64,000 bases of DNA, taken from assembly GCF_009914755.1 (NCBI RefSeq), contig NC_060945.1. One strand, written 5' to 3'. Within the stretch, counting starts at the first letter, position 1. Each line of letters begins with the position of its first letter. This document shows, in pieces, positions 54,768 to 64,000 of this stretch. The notes below the pieces were generated by a model that worked only from the letters and a program-made list of their open reading frames with translations, was not told where the DNA came from and did not search any database. Source of the stretch: the human T2T-CHM13v2.0 reference genome, Homo sapiens. The position numbers and the translations under genes are program-made.

Positions 54768-55061
54768 TTCTTTTCCTTTTTTTTTTGAGATGGAGTCTCG
54801 CTCTGTTGCACAGGCTGGAGTGCAGTGGCGTGATCTCAGCTCACTGTAAGCTCCGCCTCCCGGGTTCATGCCATTCTTAGCCTCCTGAGTAGCTGGGACT
54901 ACAGGTGGCCGCCACCACGCGTGGCTAATTTTTTTGCATTTTTAGTAGAGACGGGGTTTCACCATGTTAGCCAGGATGGTCTTGATCTCCTGACCTCATG
55001 ATCCGCCTGCCTCGGCCTCCCAAAGTGCTGGGATTACAGGTGTGAGCCACTGCACTTGGCC
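54768..55061 (-). mobile_element. AluY
   Basis: GTTAGCCAGGATGGTCT and AAGCTCCGCCTCCCGGGTTCA.GCCATTC; TSD CATTA(T/C)GATAT. Confidence 0.93.
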
Positions 55062-55616
55062 CATTACGATATTTTTCTAAAAGAAAAACTGGCAAAAACC
55101 AAAAATATGACATTCAACAATAGTGTTGGAGATATCCAGTTGCCAGGTATCCAACACCCCCTCTGACTTAGGAAAATAACACACATTATGTCCATGATGG
55201 CTTACGGACCCTTTATAGCCAGGGGCGACCCGGCCAGCGATCCAGAGAGATGCTGGCAAAATTGATCTGTGATGCACTTCTGGAAAGGACCTTAAAGGGA
55301 GGTGAGTCGTGTGGGAGGGGCAGCCATCTCCCTTTGCTCTTCCTCCTACAGGGAAATGTGAAAGGAAGTTGACACTATAGCTTGGTGGCCATCGTTTGAG
55401 GATGAAGAATGCTGCTAGGAGAGGCAGAACTCTTCCTAACACATAAGGAGTTTGGGTGCCTGATGACTTAGCCAAGCCAACAAACTAGTCCTGAGCTGTC
55501 GACATCCAGAGTCCTCTTATGAGAAAAATAAACCCTTGTGAATTTAAGTGGCTGAACTCAATCTTAACTAAAGTAATTAGATAAACGTAATTATTGATGT
55601 ACTACAATAAACATTA

Positions 55617-55958
<342 letters not shown>

Positions 55959-58030
55959 TTAAAAATGTATAATGTGTATCTATGGGTATGCAATTGCTTG
56001 GGGACAGGACTGACAGTCTAGAGACAAAAAATGTTTGCAGCAGTTATCTTTGATCATCTTTGAGTGATGTTATTGGGGGGAATTTAACTTTTTAAAAAAT
56101 TGCAATTTCTAATTTTTTTCTTTGATGACTTGATATTGGATATGAAATTTAAAGACAAAAAAGCTACTATTACAACCTAATTTTTAAGTTAGTGGTAAGA
56201 AGGGATAAAATGTCAGTAACATCCAAGACAGACAAAGTATTATTTAATCTATGTAGAAACACTTCCAAATAAATAAGACATAGAGATAAGCGTGCAAGTA
56301 ACATGAATAAGAAATTTCCCAAAGGAGAAGTAGAAGTGGTCTGTTAACATAAGATAAAACATGTTAAACAACATTAACAATCTAAGTATGCAAATTAAAA
56401 TGAGAGGGCATTTTCAACCATCAGGTTGTAAAGACTATTTAAAAAAAATGTTATCTAGTTGGTGAGGATGCTGGGCCACATTTACCCACCCATACTGTTG
56501 GTGGCCTAAGTGCCCTTGGGCAGTACAGAGTAAGAGCCTTGTATATGGCTGGTGCCTTTTCACTTCACTTACACATATGCGCATTGAATTAACATACAGG
56601 AGTGTTCATTTGCTGGAGTGTTTATGAGAGTGAAAACTGTAAACACCCTCAGGGAGAGAGAGAACACCTGCATAACGACAGGCATTAAAAATAATGTCGA
56701 AGAAGGCAAATGTCATGGAAAATGTCCATAATATCAAATATGCACTTCCATAGAAACTAAATTAAATTTATGATGTTTATCTGTTTCCATGTAATAATGC
56801 ACAATGGAGCTTCAAATACGGCAGGAAATAAAAAGTCATGGGGGCAGAGACTCTGAATAACAGGATTTTATTTTTGAAGAAGTCCTTTGCACATGGACAG
56901 TGGATGTGGTGTGTGGTGTGTGACAGGGGAGTTGCTTCAGGGACTTTTAAAAATTTAGCTATTTTCCCAATCAGACAGTGTCTAGCAACCTTCCCCACTT
57001 CTTTACCTTCCTTCTCAAAAGAGAGATGCCAGGAGGGTTGCAACAAATGTACCATTTATTTTTCCTTTGGTCATTGTTGCTTCCATAATGAGAAAATGCA
57101 ACATGCTATTTTAAAAAAGAAAGATCTAGAGTATAAATGATGATTAAGTCAACACAAATACAAATACCTCACAATAATTAAACCTAGATACTAGGTCTTA
57201 GGTTATTGGAAAAAAAAAAAGGTCATGATTGACTGATTATTTGATCTCACCAGTACATATCTGGCCCTCAACTAATATAGTACTGAATTCAAGTGTCTAA
57301 ATGAGAAAAGAAAGAGAACTTCCAATATGTTGGCAAGTACCGTTAAGGAGGCGTTCTGAAGAAGCCACCCTAATGAACAGAAATTGTTTTTCCAAAGTCT
57401 AACATGATTCCACTCTTCGTTTCCATGTCATACATTTCTACTTGCATAATATCTACAATGTCACCTAAAACCCAGGGGCTACTGTTCTGCATTAGAAGAG
57501 GAAACATGATTAGGGGTGCAAGCAGGGAACATGAGACAATCGCAATAGGACATTGGGCGTGTTTGTTTTTAAAAAGAGCACGCCAAGGAGATGACGTGTA
57601 ATCTGTATATTCTAAGGTAATAAGGGGAATAAAACAATCAATGATATTATCTTTAACTTTCTAAACCCACTCATCTCTCTAAATACTGGGGAAATAGTTT
57701 TCCAGCTATGAGTAGTTCTGACAATTTAAACTCACATCTCTTCATGTACGAGTGTGCAGTGATCTCTAAGCAGACCATGGTTATGTAATACAGGTGGGCA
57801 AGGTAGGACTTCCTAAGTGCTGAAACAATCTACACAAAAGACTTCCATCCCTCTGTGGCCTTTCCAAGGGCATGTTATGTACAACAGACACGTTGTGTGT
57901 CTGAATAAAAACACCTAGGTGGACAACTAGGAATGTCTATGAGAGAATGATAGGCTTGGTGGAAACAGAGATACGTATCTACTTGCAAGAAACTTCTCTG
58001 GAAATCTAGAAATGCTTATCTAATCCTTTA

Positions 58031-58276
<246 letters not shown>

Positions 58277-58575
58277 TCATTTTAATGAATATTAAAATAT
58301 GAAGACTGTTTCATACACATGGGACAATAAAAACACTATTGGCAGTTTGGGACAAATTAAGGGAGTAATTTCAGTGCTGAAAAATTTTCTGATTCATATC
58401 AATGAGCTTTTGTCACAGGTAAAAGCCCTTTGAACTAGGGAAAACTGGCCTCGAGGGAGGAAGTTTGACTAAATCAAAGGGATGGAATATTTTGCTTTTA
58501 ATTGTGTTATCAAAAATATACAGAAATTCCCTCAATGGAAAATTGAATCAGAATCACCATTTAAAGAACAGATCA

Positions 58576-58932
<357 letters not shown>

Positions 58933-60103
58933 TCATCTTGGATGTGAACTGGTCAAAGTATTCGATGTTGATTTTTCCTCTACCAGGAGATAAAGTGAGA
59001 AATAACAGGCACCTCGTAAAGGCAATCGAGAATACAATGTGGGACTGAACTTTTCCCAAAATTCTGGTGAGAACACATAGTCCGTTATGCCAGATGTCAG
59101 CACCACGGTGGGCCAAAGGGGGACTGTGGAGAGTAGTTGCAGTGAAGTACCATAAAGGTTTTCTAGTGTGCCTATAAAAAACAAGATATTAAGTGACTGC
59201 TTATCTGGTGAATGTTGTGAGGTGCTGTAAAGAACCATCCCTACCTAAAACATAAACATGATTTCACTTAAAACATATCTCCCCAAAGAAAGCATATTTT
59301 TTGAGATAAGCCATTAGGATTTTAATATGTATCACATCTCTTAGAAAAGGTAGCATCTGAAAGTATTCTAATCCCCGTATCTTTCCCAGCAGATCAGCGA
59401 TTCATTACAGGGTAGACTTTCAGTGAGGCAGTCATAAACTATGTGAGAAGAGATGAATTATCTACACCATATAGTAGATACTTAGAAATTCCTGGTAAGG
59501 CTAATCTCATCAGCCTTGCAAGATACAGAATTCTTAATTTTGAGACATAAATGTGAGCCTATGTGTTACAGGTAGATAGGAACTCAGCTGCCACATATGA
59601 TAGACTGAGAAGATGGTTAGGGCCTAAGTTAGCAAGGGGCTTAGAAGCTTGTTACAATGATCTGAGCCAACGTGACGATCGCTTTGGCCATAAAATAACA
59701 AAGGAGGAAGGGAAAATGTCAAGACACAAGAAGCAGCCAGAGATGGAATTCACCGCAGTGTTTCTGGAGAAAATATTGCTTTTAATTTTCTAGCTTTACT
59801 TTCTGTAGAATGATTTACACATGAAGAAGCACCAGAAAATAATGACTACCAGCATAAAGCCAAGTGTTAAACACATTGGCTTGGTGTCCAGCTTTTCTAT
59901 TTCCTGTTGGGCAATTTTGTGCAAACTGTAAAATGGCTCTTGGTCTCAATTTACTTATCTGAAAATTGGAGATGATTATGGAACTCATTTTAAGGATTGT
60001 TAAGATGATCAAATAAATTAAGATTAGAAAAGTTCTCAGAACTGTGGAGATATTAACTGCTGTAAGAGTGTTGATTAATTTAGTAAATGCAGGTATGTTT
60101 AGC

Positions 60104-60405
60104 TTTTACTTTTTTTTTTTTTTTTGAGATGGAGTCTTACTCTGTTGCCTAGGTGGAGTGCAGTGGCATGTTCTCTGCTCACTGCAACTTCCACCTCCCA
60201 GGTTCAAGCAATTCTCTGCCTCAGCCTCCTGAGTAGCTGGGATTACAGGTGCCTGCCATCACGCCCAGGTAATTTTTTTGTATTTTTAATAGAGATGGGG
60301 TTTTACCATCTTGGCCAGGCTGGTCTTGAACTCCTGATCTCGTGATCCACCAGCCTCAGCCTCCCAAAGTGCTGGGATTACAGGCGTGAGCCACTGCGCA
60401 CGGCC
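60104..60405 (-). mobile_element. Alu (AluS-type)
   Basis: T-tail, dimer, ends GCGCACGGCC. Confidence 0.93.
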
Positions 60406-62749
60406 TGACATATTCTTGATGAGCAAAGTTCCCAACTTGCAAATGAAATAAATAATTTACACAGCCAATGGGTTTCTGAGATATTGCTTAAGTGATAAGC
60501 AATGTTACTTCATGTAGATGGTATTCGGAGACAAAATGTATTTAAGAAAATGAAAATATATTTAAAATAAGATAATAAGGAATGACTATCTCTGAGTGAG
60601 GAAATTATCTCTAAGAAATATGGTAGAGATTATTTAGAGCTAAGTTTTCTAGTAAAAGTGACCAATCAACTCAAGAGCAGGTGACAAAGTTGAAGACACC
60701 ATGCCAAAATTATTCTCTGCAGGGTGGAAGGAAAATCTGCAGCCATCCACATTCTGTGCTCCATTTGGCTCAAGTTCTGCCAAGAGCAAGAAATTGCTCA
60801 TCAATGGACAGGGTAGAAAATCTCTTGCATTCCCTCTGGAAGCATGTCTAATCATAATTGATCCATTACTCCTCCCCTCAATTTGGTTCTAATCCAACGA
60901 AATGTTCCTTAAAATCTCATCAAAGAAGTGTATATGAGAAACAACCATAGAAATACGGTAAGTATAAGGTAGTTACAGATAAAAACGGTCCCTAAATTAG
61001 TAGAATAATTACCCCGTATCATTGAAAACTGTTTCTGACCCTGGTAGGAGTAGCCAGGGGATTTCCCACGTACACCTCTTTGCTCATAGATTGGAATTCT
61101 CTCTTCAGATACCCCAGTGATTTACAGTCACATGAAGACCTAAGAAAGAAGCTTCTGCAGTAAGTGAGCTTCTTAATTTTTATAGCAAAGAGAATAATTA
61201 ATAGCTCAGATGTTTGGTCTTTGGCTGATATACCATGCAACTTGAGACCACCTTGAGGAAAATGCTATATTTTACTAAGTGCATGAATAAGCCAAATCAT
61301 ATACATTTCCTTTAAATTTTGACAGAAGACTGTCATGAATGTAAATATTCAATCCCTAAGTGATTTATTATCGTGTACCAGTGAATACGTAGGTCCCTTT
61401 CATGAAAGTGAACTTGTGAGTTACAATAAGAACTCTAAGACTGGGAACATCCATGTACTTACATCAAGAAGACCTGAGGCCACACCCCTCAGATCTGACA
61501 CCTTAAGAATATGCTTGGGTTGAGTTCTGCCTGGCAAAATTAGAGGTGATGGATTCCTGGGAAAAGTAGTAATAAGTTTCTAAACAAATTTCTTTGCCTG
61601 CCCAGAGCCTAATGTGAAGACAACAGGCATATGGTCCCCTGGGGGTTGTCATCACTTTGAGACAGCTGCATCACCAGCTAAGATTAAAATTCCAGGGCAG
61701 GGGAGTGTCTGAATGAGGACCCAGTGTTTAACATGTAACTAATGACATCATTCTCATATGCTCTAAGCATATGAGAATGACCATTATCCCTAGGGACAAC
61801 AAAGTTCCCAATTTTTTAAAGTAAGCAGCAGTTTATTTTTTAAAAAGTGCAGATATTTTTTAAAGAAACTATTAATATTCGACCTAGATACTTTTTTTCT
61901 ACAAAATGGCAGCCTAAGAAATTGTCCTAAAAGAATCAGGAGCCCCCACAAGGAGTCACTTAGTAATGAAAGTGAGCATTTCCTGAGTACTCAGTGGGTT
62001 TCACGTACTCCTAGTTCCATCCTTTGACCCCTCCCAGAATTGCCCTCAAGACAATTCTTACTTTGCTTGCTTATTAAAGAGAGGATCCCCCACTGTGGCC
62101 CTCTCCTTCTTCTCAGGGTGTTGTCTTCAATCTTCTCCACATCTTACTCAACAAACCTCCTGAGCTATTTCACCCACTCCCATCACGATGATTGCCTTTA
62201 TCTTCCCTTGGTGTGTAGAGCACCATATCCTTCCATCATTAGCTTATATCACAGGTACCTCTAATTCAAGTTTCCAAAATGGTACCTGTTCCTGTTCACC
62301 ATCCATTAAGGTCCTCAAAAAAGAAAAATGGAATTTCCTTTCATATCCTCTTCTTTCATTTCTTTTTATCAGGTGCTGATGATTATTTCTTGAAAATGTA
62401 TCCTCAAATTCTCTGCATCTCCACTGCCACACCCCAGTCACAGTGAGTAGTCTGGTTATGTGGGAAAGGGGCACAGCCCCTCTGTCCACCCGGCTTCAGC
62501 ACCTCTGGGAGGACAGCTCCACCTCCACACACTTTGCCAGGACACTGCACTAAGGGGATGCGGCCCTCTCTTTGCTGTCTCAGGCCTTCTCAGAAGTCAT
62601 GAGCCTTTACCCACCTTACTGGTGCAACCTTGACATGTGAAAAACAATTGTCCATCACTGAGGGACAGGAGTCAGGGTATAAATTCTCTGCCTCTGCCTC
62701 AGTTTCCTCCGATCCAGTGGGGCAATTATGAGGCCTGCTCTGTGCCTGC

Positions 62750-62934
62750 GCTTCTCAAACATTAGAGGGCATCAGAATCACCTGAAGAGCTGATTAAACC
62801 ACACATTGCTAAACCTTGTCTCCAGTGATTCTGACTCAGTACATCTGGGGTGGAATCCAATATTTTGCCTTTCTAATGAGCTCCCAGGTGATGCTGAGGC
62901 TGCTGGTACAGAGACCACACTTCAAGAACCACTG
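62750..62934. mobile_element. MER5A hAT-Charlie element
   Basis: CTTCTCAAAC..GCATCAGAATCACCTG...CTCCCAGGTGATGCTGA.GCTGCTGG...ACCACACTT..AGAACCACTG. Confidence 0.85.
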
Positions 62935-63159
62935 TTCTACGTGATTCCTTAGAAGGCTCCCAGTAGGAATGAGCTCCAGTTGCCCATAGCAGCAACCAGC
63001 TCATTAAAGCAGCTTTTACTGATTTTCTTTTCTCCCTTTCTAATCTCATTCTTTCCATTCTGGGATCCAGGAATGACATCCCAAATAAATAACCTGCCAG
63101 CCAATTCTGTGCCTCACACTCTACTTTCAAGGGAACCCAACCTAGGACAAGGCCCATAT

Positions 63160-63810
63160 TGCCTCTTATTTAGATTTCTCAGCCCCCTAACTGGTCTACC
63201 TGCCACGAACTGTCCCACTTGAATTCATTCTTCACTCAGGGACCTAAAGGATCTAAGACACAAATTGGATGATGTGACTTCCTTGCTTAAAAGCATCGCA
63301 TATTCCCATGGCCCTTTGGTATAATCCAGACTCTTGGGATATTTTAAAGGATTTTTATGACTTGAGCCCTTGGTCTCCAGTTGCATTCTGTGACATTCTC
63401 CTCTTGCAGGCTTTGCCCCAACTATTCTAAAACCCCATCTATTATCCAGTCCCCAAGACCATTCTTGCTGCTGGGTCTTCACACAGGCTTCTTCATGTCT
63501 GTTTAATAAGTTCCCATTCACCATTTGCATCTTAGCTTAGCACTCACTCAGTCAGGCACATTTGTTTCTGATGCTGTGGATAAGATTAAGTGCTTCTCTG
63601 AGGCCTTAATTACTTACCATAGCCTTTATTACGCTCATCTGGTATTGCTGTTTAACAGTCTGTGTCCCATACCAGGCTGTGCATGCTATGAGAACAAGAA
63701 CCATTCCTTTCTCACAGGCCATGGCATGCCCAGCGCACAGCACAGATCTGCAGTACAGAAAGCACTCTGCAACTATGCGTTGAAAGGACACATGAATCAA
63801 TGAATGTTAT
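63160..63810 (+). mobile_element. L2-like decayed LINE 3' region
   Basis: Pyrimidine-rich body, CCCAGCGCACAGCACAG motif and terminal ATGAATCAATGAATG. Confidence 0.55.
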
Positions 63811-64000
63811 TACTTCAGTTTTATAGACTAGGGAAACGGAGCATGGCTAAGTTAATAACGCAGATCAGGGTGACCCCCAAAGCCTGAGGTCTTTGAGAAG
63901 AGTGGACCCAATGGAAGTGCCATCTGAGGGACAGCAGAAGACAGCCTCATAGGAGGACTCTGGCCAAGAAGATACAGAGCCTGAGATGGAAGGATGTGAA

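Overview
Primate (most likely human) genomic DNA from inside DSCAM (Down syndrome cell adhesion molecule; human chr21q22), which is transcribed on the minus strand. Only two coding exons are present: 58081-58200 (120 bp) and 38117-38290 (174 bp). They splice in frame and together encode one complete Ig-like domain ([24 protein letters not shown]...[26 protein letters not shown]; probably exons 10-11/Ig8, numbering from recall). The rest is intron dense with Alu, L1, MaLR/ERV LTRs, DNA transposon relics and tandem repeats. None of the supplied ORFs is a real gene. I see no foreign, prokaryote-like or otherwise new gene system. The most unusual signals are: (i) several local templated-copy events with fold-back junctions (an LTR TATA segment pasted into an AluY; a partial copy of one Alu 3.7 kb away; a scrambled MLT1 copy); (ii) a sense-oriented THE1A 5' LTR that keeps a DUX4-type motif and an intact splice donor but has lost its poly(A) signal, a candidate internal DSCAM promoter lying head-to-head with a second THE1A LTR; (iii) a fused inverted Alu hairpin; (iv) a possible Alu 3' transduction; (v) two minisatellites; (vi) an exon pair whose circle would be a stop-free poly-Ig ORF. 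Repeat subfamily names come from recalled consensus sequences, not a search, and boundaries without target-site duplications (TSDs) are approximate.
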